Shown here one piece after another: positions 36,695 through 49,132 of a DNA stretch of 49,244 bases. A program made the position numbers and the translations under genes. The stretch is from Rhizaria sp. SCN 62-66. Taxonomy: Eukaryota. The notes below the pieces were generated by a model. The model worked only from the letters and a program-made list of their open reading frames with translations. It made no database searches and was not told where the DNA came from. The first letter of the stretch is position 1, and every line of letters starts with the position of its first letter. The stretch lies in NCBI GenBank assembly GCA_001724265.1, contig MEDY01000217.1, forward strand, positions 1 to 49,244, read 5' to 3'.

Positions 36695-38614
36695 TCAATT
36701 TGCCTTAGGTGCGGCAGCGAAGAGCCTCCTGTAGTCGCTCTCGGTCGCCGTCGCGCCCGCGCCCGCACCAGCGGCTCCGCCCGCCGCCGCGCCGTCCGAA
36801 GACCGACGCTCGCTATTGATGGCCATGATGGTCTCCTCGACCGTGTTCTTGGCAACAAGGTAGTGGATGTGCACGTCCCGCGTCTGCCCAATGCGGTACA
36901 CGCGGTTCACGGCCTGCTCTTCATGCGCTCGGTTCATGCACGGCTCCATCATCACCACGTGGTTCGCGGCTGTGAGCGTAAGACCGACAGCGCCCGTGCG
37001 CGTCGACAACAGGAACACCGTCACAGCCGGGTCCGACACGAACTGCTGGATCATCTTGTCGCGGCGGGTCGAGGGCATATCGCCCGAGACAAAGCGGAAC
37101 TGCAGCCCGGCCAAGAAGAGATCGCGTTGCATGTGCGAGAAGCACTCGGAGAACTGCGTGAACACGACAACCTTGACGCCGGGCTCGGCGTCGCACAGAC
37201 GGCGCACGAGGTCCACCGCGGTAGCACTCTTGCTCTTGAGGACCATGAAGCCCGTCGACGCGCCGCGCGCGGCCTCCGCGGCGTCCAGCTCTGACACCGC
37301 GCTCGCCGCCGCCGCCGCCGCCGCCGCCACCGCCTCGGCCTCGGCAGCCGCCGCTGCTGCCGCGGCGGCTTCGGCCTCGACGGCCGGGTCCGGCGCGGGC
37401 TTGCCAATGTGCGCGCGCCGCAGCTGGTCGACCTTGAACGGCTGGCGGCACATGGGACACTCGGGGCGGTGCTTCGACTTGGCGATCGAGTTGATGCAGC
37501 CGGAGCAGAAGACGTGGTTGCACGGCGTCGCGAGCGGCTCGTTCATCACGTCTAAGCAGACGAGGCACTGGTCAGAGTCGTTGAACGCTTCCTGGACGGC
37601 CTCCTCGAGCTCGGCCGCGACGATTGCGGCTGCGGCAGGGCCCTTCTGCGTCACCTCCCTCTTCACCAGGTGCAGCAGCTCCTCCGAGAAGAAGGCAGAT
37701 GCGAGCGTCTCGGCGACGTTGTAGCTGCCCGCAGAGCACGCGCGGCGCAGCGCCATGAGCATACCCGAGATGTAGAAGGACTTGACGCGGAGCTGTCCGG
37801 CGCCGTCGATCGCGGCGAACCGGAGCTTGGCCTCCCGGTACACGCGGTCGTACAGTGCGCGCTCCGCGGGCTGCAGCGCGACCGAGTGCGTGTGTGTGTG
37901 GCGTGCCGGCAGCGCCATGAGCGGCCGTCCGCCCGAGAACTGCTGCGTCTTGCTGTGGCGCATCGTCGCGTTGCGCAGCACGGCTTCGTAGTAGAGCATG
38001 CTGTTGAGCGAGAGGTTGTGATTCGCAGACGGGCCGGCGTGCGGTGCGAGGCGCGGCATTGGCGGCGCGGGCGGCAGAGTTAGGAACCGCAGCAGCCCGT
38101 TGATGTCGCTAAGCTCTTTGTTGTATGGTGTGCCCGTGACGACCCAGCGGTGGCGCGTGTGAAGCCCGCGGAGCATGTTGCTGCGCTGTGTAGCGTTGGA
38201 CTTAAGCACGTGGCCCTCGTCGAGGATAATGCGGTGCCAGTTGATCGCGCCCAGCAGGTTCCCGGCCTCCATCACTGCAATCGCGTACGTCGTCAGAACG
38301 ACGTCATAATCGGCCAGGTCCGCCGGGTTGCGCGGCCGGTTGCCGCCGTAGTGCTGCAGCACCGCCAGCTTCGGCTCCTTGCACGCCCCGTCGATCTCAC
38401 GCACCCACTGGCCCAGCGTCGACGCCTGCACCAGCACCAGCGTCGCGCGAGACCAGACCGAGCCCGCGGAGACGCCCGCAAATCGGCCGTCGCCCAGCGC
38501 GTCCCCGCCGCGCGCGCCGCCGCGCCAGCCGCCGCGCCCGCCGCGGCCACCGCGGTTCGCAACAGCGGCTGGCGGCACCGCGGACTGCGGGGCGGCGACG
38601 AAGACAGCGTTGTT

Positions 38615-38645
<31 letters not shown>

Positions 38646-41600
38646 GCACTGGGGATGGCAGCATTAAGACTGGGGGCGACGGCGCCTGCGGCAGCGCGCT
38701 GGCTTTGCTTCTCCTTGGCCATTCTATAGTAACATCGATAAATAAATATATTCGCAAGAACAACAAATGAAAAAATAAGTTCGTGAGATATTCTGCGCAA
38801 AATGACACATGTGTCGTTGTTCCAGAATGTAATGATATGAGGATATGACCGTGAACAGGCGCATGATTCACAAGAGGGGCAGCAGCGAGCCTGTTTTATG
38901 CTACGTACTCGATTGCTTTGTTGATGAGGAGCTTGACGCCCTCATACTGAAACCCGTTGCCCGACGTGGCCCGCGCGATCGCGTCCTCAATGGCGGCCGT
39001 GGCGACCCAGTCGAACTGCCCGCCCTCGGCCTGCGAGTACCTCTCCAGCGCGTCGTACGCGGCGCTGAGTGGCAGGTCGCCCACGGGGCTGTCGCTGCTG
39101 CAGTCGAGCCCGGCGCATATGGCCTCCACGGCGGGGTCCCAAGACCGCAGGCAGATCCACTTGCAGCGGCTTTCCAACCCCGACACCGCGCACCGCCGCA
39201 GATTGAGCTCCGGCCCGGGCTTCGCGTCCGTCGAGTACGCTTCGCCGAGCAGCTTCACGAACGCCGATTCGAGGATCTCCCCCGTTTCGAGCCACGTGAG
39301 CCCGTACTCGTTCGCGACGCGCGCGTCGTTGTCGCCGCCCGCGCCGAGGCCGCCGCTGCTGACGCCGCCGCACTCGGCAGCCGTGGTCGCGGCGGCGGCG
39401 GCCAGCGCCGCGGGCGTCTGCTTGCGCCGGCCCTTGGCCGCGGGCGGAGCGGCGGCTGCAGCAGCAGCGGCGGCGGCGGAGGGAGCGGCGCCGTCTTCGT
39501 TGCCGCCGTCGTCGTCGCCGTCGTCGTTGCCGAAGCCGGCGTCGCTGTCGTCGCCATCAAACGCCGCGCCCGCGGCCCCGCGCCGCTGCAGCGCCTCTCG
39601 CTCGCCCGCGCGCTCGCGCCGCGGGTTGGCGATGATCAGCGCGATGCACTCGATCGTCTTGCCCAGACCCATGTCCTCGCAGAGCAGTCCGCCGTAGCGG
39701 CCCGGAGGGAGCGTCTCGGTCACCGCGCCCGTGGCCGGGTCGAGCCAGAGGCGCTGACCGGTGCGCGCAGTGAAGCTCATGTGTGTGTTGTGGTGGATGT
39801 TGAAGGGGCACTGCTCCTGGGCGACCATCCAAGACACGGCCTAACGAGGTTATAAGATGTAACAAGGCAGAATTAAGAGGAGATAACACAGATTTGGTGA
39901 GATATTAGCGTAAAATAGAATTCAGTTGCGAACATGAAATAAACAGCACGATGAACCCGAATTGATACGATTTCATAAAGATCGCTACCAATATACAGGT
40001 ATTTCAACTCTTTGTTGTTGCTGTTAGCGACGAAACGTACTTGGTGCTGGTAGTCTTTGAGTTGTAGCGCCATGCGGTTCTCGACCTCGCGCGGTAAAGT
40101 CTCTGTCTCAGGGTCCATTGACCGACGGATTGACAGCGCCAGAGGATCGCGGCCGAGGATCTCCAGCTTGGCCGGCATCGTACTGTCAAATAGAAATCGA
40201 AAAAGAGTATGAAGATATGAGCACATTGAAGAGATGATACGGAAAAAAATACAGAAAAAAATAAGGAGACACAATGCAAATATATGTTAAACTACACAAT
40301 TAAAGCGATTAAAGTCAGTATTTTACTCTAAAATGATCATTGCAAGACAAGCAGAAACGTACGTGGTGAGAGCGCGCACGCGTCCCGTGTGTTGCAACAC
40401 GAGCCTATTCTCGCGTTCTCCGTCGTAACCCATGGCCAGGAGTTCCGCGACGGCGAGCATCCGCGACGGCGGCACCGTGTGGGCCGCCGAAGGGGCACGC
40501 ACGACCACGGGTACCCGTCCGCCGGCACTTACAGCGGGTAAGTACCCCGCCACGACCATCGCGAAAGTCTGTGGCAGCAGCGCGTCGGAGCCGGCGAAGG
40601 AGAAGGACATCGCGGGCGACAGCGGCGCGGAGCCGTAGGTCGACGCGAGGGCAACCGTGCGCAGGTGGAACGCAGTCGACAGCCACGTCAGCCTCTGCAG
40701 CATTGTCTCGCTTCCATCGCACGGCGTCTAATAAGAGAAAGCAAACGTAAGCCAAGAAGCAAGATAGATACGTTGTGAGCTCAAATGATTTTTTAGAATA
40801 CATAAGCTCGTTGATATTTCAAAAAAATATACTTATTTTTAAGAACGGTCGATTCAAGAGAGATAGCCATGTAAATACGTCATTTGCTATTAAAACAAGG
40901 ACGTACGCCATCGATGAGCCCGCCGCCGGGCCTGCGCGCGGACAGCGACGTCACCCTCACCGCACTGGGCGCCGCAGCGGCTGTGGTCATCAGCGCCTGC
41001 ACCGAGTACAGCACGTGGTCCGGGTTCATCCAGGGGTCGATAGCGACCGTGAGCAAAATGCGGAACAGCTCGCCGGAGCCGACGCGGGAGCCGCGGAGCC
41101 CGACGGACATGAAGGGCCGGCGCGGCGAGTACGCGGCAAGCTGCGCCGCGCTCCAGTGCGCGGCCTCGCCCGCGCTGCGCAGCCACACGGCGCGTGGGGG
41201 CGTCGCCGCGGCGGGCATCAGGTGGCCGTGCTCCACCGCGGCCGCCACGGCCAGCGACCATTGGCGGGACGGGACGACGGCGCCCGTGGCGGCGATGGCG
41301 GCGCGCGCGCTGATGCCCAGCGCGCGGAGAGCCCCCGGCCCGTAGAGGCACCAGAGCTCTTGGCCCAGGGGCGACCACGGCGGCTGCTGACCCGCGCCCG
41401 CACCCTCACTCGCACTCTCACTCGTGGTCGCAGCTGCCGCCGCGGCAGTGTTGTTGTTGTTGTTGTTGTTGTTGTTGGAGGAGGAGGAGGAGGAGGCGTT
41501 TCCGCGGCGCTTCGCGGGGTCTAGCGGCACATGCTCGACCTGATACACTTCATGCAGCGGAGAGCCAGGCTGTGATGGTGCGACGCCGGTCGCATCCGCA

Positions 41601-44600
41601 TCCACAGCCAAAGCATCCGCGGCGGCGTTGGCGGCGACGGACTGGGGCGGCGCCCAGCGCACGCCAATAGCGCGGCCGATCGCGGGCGTGAACGCGACGG
41701 GTTTGTACCGCGCCAGCAGGTCACACGGGGCGAGGAAATCGATTTTGCTGTGCAATTGCGCGGCGGCGGCGCCGGCGAGCCCGGGCGCGGCGACACGGCC
41801 CAGCAGGCGCACGTGGATGAGGGGCGCGTAGTTGGACGCGATCCTGTCCACGACGAGAAACGCCACCAGCTGCAGTTTGGCTTGTTGGGTTGACTCGCGG
41901 ATCGCGCGCTCGGTCTGCCCCAGCGCGGCCGCCAGGTCGGCGGCCACGGCGGCGGAGGAGCGGGCGAGCAGGGCGCGCAGCGCCGCGGTGCCAGCAGCGA
42001 GAGGGCCGGTGGTGACGGCGCCGGCGCTTTCATACAACCCTTCTTCGACACCGTACAGGGCGGCAGCGCCGCCAGCAGCAGCCGCGGGGCCGCCGGCGGT
42101 CATTGCGGCGGCGCTGCCGAGCGTCTGTAACCGTTGCAGCGCGTTGCCACTGCCGCTGCCGCCGCCGCCTGCGTTGGGATTGCTGTTGCTAGCATTGGCA
42201 TCGGCATTGGCGTTGTTGTTGCGGTTGCGCGGGCAGTCGGCGGGCGCGGTGTCGAACCCGCTCTCCAGAGCGAGCCACGTGGCGTGGGACTTGACCGCCG
42301 CCGCCACGGGGGGCCGCGCCAGGAACGGCATCACAATCACCGATCCGCGGCCGATGCGGTTGAGCTGCACGCCCGTGAGTGGCGTCTTTCCGCCGAGGGG
42401 GGCCCGGACAGCGGCGGGCACCATCGACGGCGGGTTCGGCAGCATGGCGATGGCGTCGGTGATGTTGATGCGATGTGTGCCGTTGGATAAGCGGCCGTTG
42501 ACGGTGACGTGCGGGCGAAGACCGTCTTTCGGCACGGCGGCCGCAGCGATGCGCGAGAAATGCCTACAATGGATACGACGCAATATTGATGAGATAAAGC
42601 ATCAAAAGAAAGATGCGTGAGAAGAACAACATTAGATTATGATGTTTGGGGAAAATAGAAACAAAATATATTCAATCACAAGAATATCGATGGGGTGAAT
42701 ATTCTTGTTTTGCGGCTTCGTGGTGATGTTAAAGGACGTACCGGCCTGCGGGGGAAGTGCTCAGTGCGTTCTCATAGAAGCCCGCGTCGTTAAAGACGCG
42801 CGTTAGACCGTAGCGGACACTGGTGCGCAGACGCAGTCGCTGGACAAAGCCGGAGACTGTGAGCGCCGTGTCGTCCGACTGGTTTGCAGCCAGAGCGGCG
42901 CCACCGGCAGCGGCCACCGTGTCTTCGGCTAAACAAAGCAGGTAAGCAAGAGCATTAAGTCAAAAAATGTTATATAGAGCACAAGAATATCAAAGCAAAA
43001 TTAAATACACAAACACTAAATGAGTAAATATACACTATAATAACACATATTATTTAAAAGATGCGATATGAGCGAGGCTTATTTGTGAGAGCGAGCATGG
43101 CGTACCTGGGAGCGCAGCGAAGGCGACTGGATCTACCCGGGCGGCTGCAGCCCTGTTGTGGGCCCATTGGTACGCCTCCGCAGGCGCACTCGCGCCCGCG
43201 CCGCGGCTCTGCGCTGCCGCCTGTGCAGCAGCCGAAGCGGCAGCGCTAGCGCTTGCGGCCGGTGGCGATGACGATGAGCCCGTCAAGTTGCCCGCCGCCG
43301 CCGCGGCCGCAGCCGTCGCCGCAGTAGTCGACGCGCTATTGTTAGAGGGGTTGTTGTTGTTTGCGACAAGCGCCGAGGCGGTGAAGCGGGGCGCCGAGCG
43401 CCTCCAGTCCGCGGCCGTGAGCACCGCCCCCGCTAGCACGGCGGGCGAGGCCAGGCCGACCGTGCGCGCCGCGGAAGGCGGCAGCAGGAAGCGCTGGCAG
43501 TAGCGCGACACCATGAGCAGGTCGTAGTTCGCCGCGGTGCCAGGGACGTCGGCGGGCGACGCCGACGCGGGCAGCGCGACGGACGCCGGCGGCGGCTTGC
43601 GGCGGGAAAGCTGCTGCAGAACAATACCGCTGCGCAGGGGGGCGTCGTTATCGAGCGCGCTTTTGGCGGCGGCCGCGACGTCAACGGCGGCGGCGGCGGC
43701 GGCGGTGGTGGTGGTGGTGCTCTTGGCAGCGGCAGTGGTGACGCTCTTGGTGGCGGCGGCGGCTTTGGAGGCGGCGCCAGCGCCCGCACGGGCCGCGGCT
43801 GCACTGGCAGACTCGCCGCTCTTGGCCGCCGCTGACGACGACGACGCGGCGGTGGCGGCGGCGGCAGTGCCCCGTTGGCTCTGACTCTGGCTCTGGCTCT
43901 GGCCCTGGGAGCTATTGGGCGCGAGCCTCGCACTCCCAGACGCCCCTCTAATGTCGGGCAACGGACCGGGGGCCGCAACAACACTGAGCACGAGGTTGGC
44001 CGCCGTCTGGGCCTCGGCCTCCCTGAGACCCGCAGTGTGCCTCAAGCGCTGCGCCGTCTGTCGCAGCTGCGCCGCGTCGGCTGCCGCGGCGGCCGAGCCG
44101 AGCCTCCGCGCGCGCTGCTCCGCCAGCTTGGCAGCCTCCTGCGCTTCGTTGGCGCTTGCCCTGGCCCTTGCAGCCGCCGCGTTGGCCGCGTCCGCGGCCG
44201 CGGCGGCGCGGGCGAGGGACAGGTCAGTGGAGCCGCCTTGTGCTGCGGCAGACGCTGATGCTGCCACAGGCTGCTGCAGCCGCGATTGTGATTGTGCAGG
44301 GGTGCCCTCACCCACCGCGCCAACAGCAGTGCGCGGCTGCTGCTGCTGTTGCTGTGTGTTAGAGGCAGCTGGAGCAGCGGGGGCGATGCTAGCGAGGAAA
44401 CTGTTCACGTCATCCGTCTCACCATTGTTCGTATTGTTGCGGCGGCCGCGACGGCGATCGGCCTTGGCCTTGGCCCTGGCTTCGTCGTCAACAACGCGGC
44501 TATCCCGGCCATCGTCGTCGCCGTCACTGTCAACGTAATCACTGCCGTCGTCCGCTTCGTCGTCGCCGTCGCCGTCGGAGTTGTTGTCGTCGTCAGAGTC

Positions 44601-45269
44601 TGAGTCCTCACTCCAGTCGTCGTCCGCGGCCGCGGCGCCGACCAGGGGACGTTTGGGGCGCGACGGCGACGCACGCCCTGCACTCGCGCCCCCACCAGTA
44701 GCGGCACCAGCAGCAGCGCCAGTCCTCGCACCAGCGCCAGCGCCAGCAGCAGAGGGAGACAGCGACTGCGACGGCGAAGCAAAGGGCGGGCCTGCGGCGC
44801 GGGCAGCAGCGGGCGCGGGCATAGGAGCAGCAGCAACGCGAGCAGCAGGGGCAGCAGCAGCAGCAGGAGCAGCAGCGGCGGCTGCTGGGAGAGCCCTTGG
44901 CACGAATCCAGGCGGACGGTCATAGAAGTGGTTGCATGCGGTGCACACGTCGTTGCCGGCACCGAGGAGCAGCGTGAGGGCGTCGTATGGGGTCGTGCTG
45001 CACATCTCAGACAGCGTCTGAGCGGCGGCGGGGGAAAGGTGGGGCAAGGGCCGGAGCGAGGGGCAGTGTGATATGTGTATGTGGAGTGATGCGAAGGTGA
45101 GAGGGAAAGTGGCATGGAATAGCAAGAGACCTAGGGAGGGCAGATAAAAGCGCGGGGCAGAGAAAGCAAGATATAGAGTAGAGCGTACCAGAGTGTTCTC
45201 ACGGAGAGAAGCCACGCTGTAGCCCGAGAGGGCGATGGCCTCTGCATGGGCCGCAAAGGCGACTTCCAT
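36695..45269 (-). CDS. RAD5/RAD16-like SNF2 helicase with embedded C3HC4 RING, 2434 aa
   Basis: Eight phase-consistent exons: 45269-45189, 45017-43106, 42928-42742, 42563-40907, 40727-40363, 40182-40041, 39840-38909, 38723-36695. Motifs LKDYQHQAVSWM, GGLLCEDMGLGKT, IILDEGH, VTGTP, RING (about 37570-37448), VVVFTQF, GLTLTAANHV and QAVNRVYRIGQ. Confidence 0.92.
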
Positions 45270-45663
45270 CGGGGAATGAAAATCAGGCGACCACTCGACT
45301 TACAAGATCGGTGTAGCTCGATACAAGGGTCTTCAAGATCTATAGAAAATAAAATTGAGCAGAATAATAAGATTTCTTGCTAAAAACATCCATGATATTG
45401 CTATACGACGACCTGAAGCCACTCAACAGGGGTGCTCTCTCGAGGCGCGCAGCCACAGCATCCCAATTCACTCAGAGCGGGCAACTCGTCCGCGAGTGGT
45501 GGGACCAGGGGGTTCGGTCAGCGGCTCTCGGAGATAGCGTGCGATTCGCAACACGGTCGTTAAACCGGACTGCTACTGGCAAAACAGAGGTTTACGCTTT
45601 TATATAAGCTCATTTCCTAAATAACGCATCTAGAGCACGAGTTCTATCCCACCCCGCAGCGCC

Positions 45664-47174
45664 ATGGAAACCGTGACCGCCGACGCGTCTGTCTCTGCCG
45701 CGCCCCTCGCACCCGCCGCGCCCGCGGCCTGCCCTGCGCCCGCCTCGCGCTCCGCCTTGGCCGCCGAGCTGTCCGACGCGGTGGGCGACGTGGGCGAGCT
45801 CGCGTACGGCGAGTCCGAGTTCGTCGAGGTCGCTTTCACGCCCGAGGAGATCGCTGAGTTCGAAGCCACTCTGGCCAAGACGAAGGACCATAAGATGAGC
45901 TCGTATTGGGCAGGAAAGCTCCAGACGTACGCCGTGAAGCACTGGAACGACTTTTACAAGAGCAACGAGAACAAGTTCTTTAAGGACCGGCACTATATCG
46001 ACCGTGAGCTTCCTGCACTGGCCCGGCTCATGACTGCATACCGCGCTGCCGCCGCCGCGTACAACGACGCTCTCACTAAGGCAACATCCTCTCCCACGTC
46101 GGCACCAGAGGGCGATGCTGACGCGCGCGCTGCCACTGTTGTCGCGCTGGGCCCTGCACCGGAGCCGCCGACGCTGGTGGAGGTCGGCTGCGGCGTCGGC
46201 AACGCGTTTTTCCCGCTTTTGCCCATCTACCCTGAGCTTCGCATCCAGGTTCGTCTCATTCACAAAACTCTCTTGTTTGACATGATATCTAACGTTCTAA
46301 CACAAATATTGTTTTCATTCATAGAGATAATCCATCTATACTGTATTTTCCTTTCGTTCCGTTCCAACATCCTCTCATCTTACTTTCCACATTGTAATTG
46401 CATGTTTTCATGTTCGTTTTACTTGCATGTGTGTTTCAGGGTTGCGACTGCGCGCGCTCTGCCGTCGACATCATCAAGTCCGACCCGCGTTATAACCCCG
46501 CCTTGCACTCGTTCGACTACTGTGACATCACCTGCGGCCGCCTTCCATTCCCCCCGGCCTCTGCCCACGTCGCCACACTCATCTTCGTCCTCTCCGCGCT
46601 GCACCCCAACGACATCCCCAACGCGCTGCTGTCGGCGCGCCGCGCGCTGGCGCCAGGCGGCGTGCTGCTACTGCGCGACTACGCCGTCTACGACATGGCC
46701 ATGATGCGCTTTAAGAAGGACGCCAAGATCGCGGACCGGTTTTACCGCCGCGGCGACGGGACACGGTCGTACTTCTTCGAGCGCAAGGAGCTGATTCAGA
46801 TGCTGCGTAACGCGGGTTTCCTCGTGAATGAGGACAAGCAAGGTGCAAACAACAAGAACAACAACAATAGCGTGGATGTGGCCGTTCCTGACGACTCTGC
46901 TTCCAAGCTTGATAGCAACAGCAACGGGTGCGACAACAACACTTCTGCTGCTGCTGGTGCTGCTGCTGGTGCTGCTGCTGGTGCTGCTGCTGCGGCTGCT
47001 GCGAGCGCTGCGGTGGCTAGCGGTGGCAGCAACGGCCGCGGCGACGTCGAGGGCGAGGTCGTGTACGTCAAGCGAACTGTGACCAACCGTGCCGACGGCA
47101 TTGTTATGAAGCGTACGTGGATCCATGCGCTGGTCCCTGTGAACCCGGACTGGGTCGACCCGGAGCCCTTATAA
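45664..47174 (+). CDS. METTL6: tRNA N3-methylcytidine methyltransferase (METTL2/6, Trm140 family), 439 aa
   Basis: Exons 45664-46248 and 46440-47174 (GTTCGT..CAG, phase 0). Motifs HWNDFYKSNENKFFKDRHY, EVGCGVGNAFFPLL, IFVLSALHP, LLRDYAVYDMAMMRF, FYRRGDGTRSYFF and NR..MKRTWI. METTL2 versus METTL6 is not resolved by eye. Confidence 0.92.
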
Positions 47175-47177
47175 AGG

Positions 47178-47232
47178 TAAGTGGACTGAGCCCTAAGTGG
47201 ATTCAGCCCTTACAGGTGTAAGTGCACTCAGC
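47178..47232 (+). repeat. Three degenerate copies of TAAGTGSAYTSAGC just after the methyltransferase stop
   Basis: taagtggactgagccc, taagtggattcagccc and taagtgcactcagc. Confidence 0.55.
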
Positions 47233-47745
47233 GTGGATGTAGTCTTACAAAGCTACACGTCTATACACGTGAGCTCGCTTGCTTATGCGTATTTTTAGTT
47301 CGGTTTGTGCAGTTATTGTTTTAGTTGTTTTCCAGAGTGAGTAACTCGTTTCGTGCTTGGCGACGCATGAAATGTTATGACATGCGGTGTGATCAGAATT
47401 ACTTGAAGATATACACTGATATGTTCATTGTTGATGTTCTTCGCCCCTTCGTGACTCATTTACTACGACATGCAAGATCAAGATACAACGCACTCGAAGA
47501 ACGTGATAAGACTGAACTGTATTTGACACGAGCTCAGATTTATAAGAGCACAAATAAAAAAAAAAACACGCAGAAACAAAGAACAAACAAAGTAATGCTG
47601 AAAACAGGAATATCACGACATCTCACTTCGTGGATGCGGACACAACATCTACGGCGACGTGTTACGCAAAACAACGAGCCTCGAAAGCGATCTCATCGTT
47701 GCTTAGTTGAAGTCAACTCCGCACTTCGACGGTATAAGTACGTAT

Positions 47746-48717
47746 TTAGACTGTGGCGAACGCGACGCCAGCCGCATTGGGCAGAAGCCACTGCCCGTCC
47801 CCATTGACGAAGTGGTCGTTATGGAACCGCCCAAGCCAGCGCTCGCCGCCGGCCGACACAAACAGCCCCTGTCCGTGCATCTTGTTATCGCTCCAGTCGC
47901 CCGTGTACACGGCGCCCGAGGGCCAGGCGTAGCTACCGCGGCCGCTGAACTTGCCCGCAGCGAACAGCCCTTCATAGGCGGCGCCAGAGGGGAGCTCGAG
48001 GCGACCGGCACCGTGCATAAGGTCGTGCGACCAGTGACCGATGTAGATCTCGCGGCCGTGCTGGAAGCGCCCGAACCCGTGGCGCTGACGCAAAACATCA
48101 CTTCCTGCACCACCAGCACCCGCAGCAGCAGCAGTAGCGGCGGCGGCGGCGGCGGCGGCGGCGTTCGCGTTGTTGGCCGCAGCGGCGCTGTCAGCTGCAA
48201 CCGCGGTGCCGGGGGGCGTGGCGACGTCGCCCTCGGGGCCGTCAGCGGCGGGCGCGGGGGCCGGAGAAGGGAAGATCATGATCCACTCACCAGCATAGAC
48301 AGCGCCGTTGGGGAAAACGAACTTGCCGGAGCCCTGGGTCACAGTCAGCGTCGGGGCAACGGGCGCGCTGTCCTCTATAAAGAAGAGTAAAATATGTGTT
48401 CATGACATCACAAAAAGCAATGAGGAGTCAGCGTTCGATGGCGAGACAGGTGAGCGCAAGACGAACGGAGGATGTTTTTGAAGTGAATAGCGAAAGAGAA
48501 CGTACCGGTTGACGCAGTGTCATCGCGCTTGCCGCGCTGAAAAGAAAAGCAGTAAGGTAAAATACGGCGTGATTTGCATGAGAAAATGACGGTATGGTTT
48601 GGAGATTCGATTTTGAGGCTTGAGAGAGGGAAAATGGCGTACCTTCTTGGGGTCGGTGATGGAGCCGCTCTTGGAGGTCCGACGCGGGGTCGTGGGACGC
48701 TTAGCAGCAGAGCTCAT
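47746..48717 (-). CDS. MORN2: MORN-repeat protein, MORN2-like, 244 aa
   Basis: Exons 48717-48643, 48536-48506 (31 nt) and 48374-47746, phase-consistent. MORN units FPNGAVYAGEW, YIGHWSHDLMHGAG, YEGLFAAGKFSGRG and YTGDWSDNKMHGQG, then WLGRFH. Confidence 0.85.
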
Positions 48718-49132
48718 CGTATGTGAAAAAATAAACTTGGGAAATCAAGCAACAATCTCGTTGAAAAGCCTCCTTACAGATCTACTAGCGGATGTTGTGT
48801 TGCGCTGGATCAACTTTAAATCAGGCTGTTACTGAAGCTCTCTTCCCCCGGTCGTAACGGATGGATGGCTGTGCAGCAAGTCGGCCACAAGAGAATACAA
48901 AAGCATACAGCCCATCAAGGAGCATTGAATTCAATCCAAGTCGTTTCATTATATAAGAAATAGGTATAGTAGCGAGTTGCATCGATTTTTTTCATGGCAT
49001 TGTTGTATTTTGTAGACAAGAAGTTAGTGGGTTGGTGGGGGTACTGCGCGAGCGACGCATCGCATCACACAGCGAAGAGAAGTTTTAGAAAGAAGCAGGC
49101 AAGATAGGACAAGCAGTAGACGAAGTGCTCAT

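Noticed and set aside
33930..47174. Two tRNA anticodon-loop modification genes (QNG1, METTL2/6) flanking the helicase as a functional cluster
   Set aside because: They act in different pathways on different tRNAs and are 10 kb apart in a eukaryote. Chance adjacency is sufficient without synteny data.
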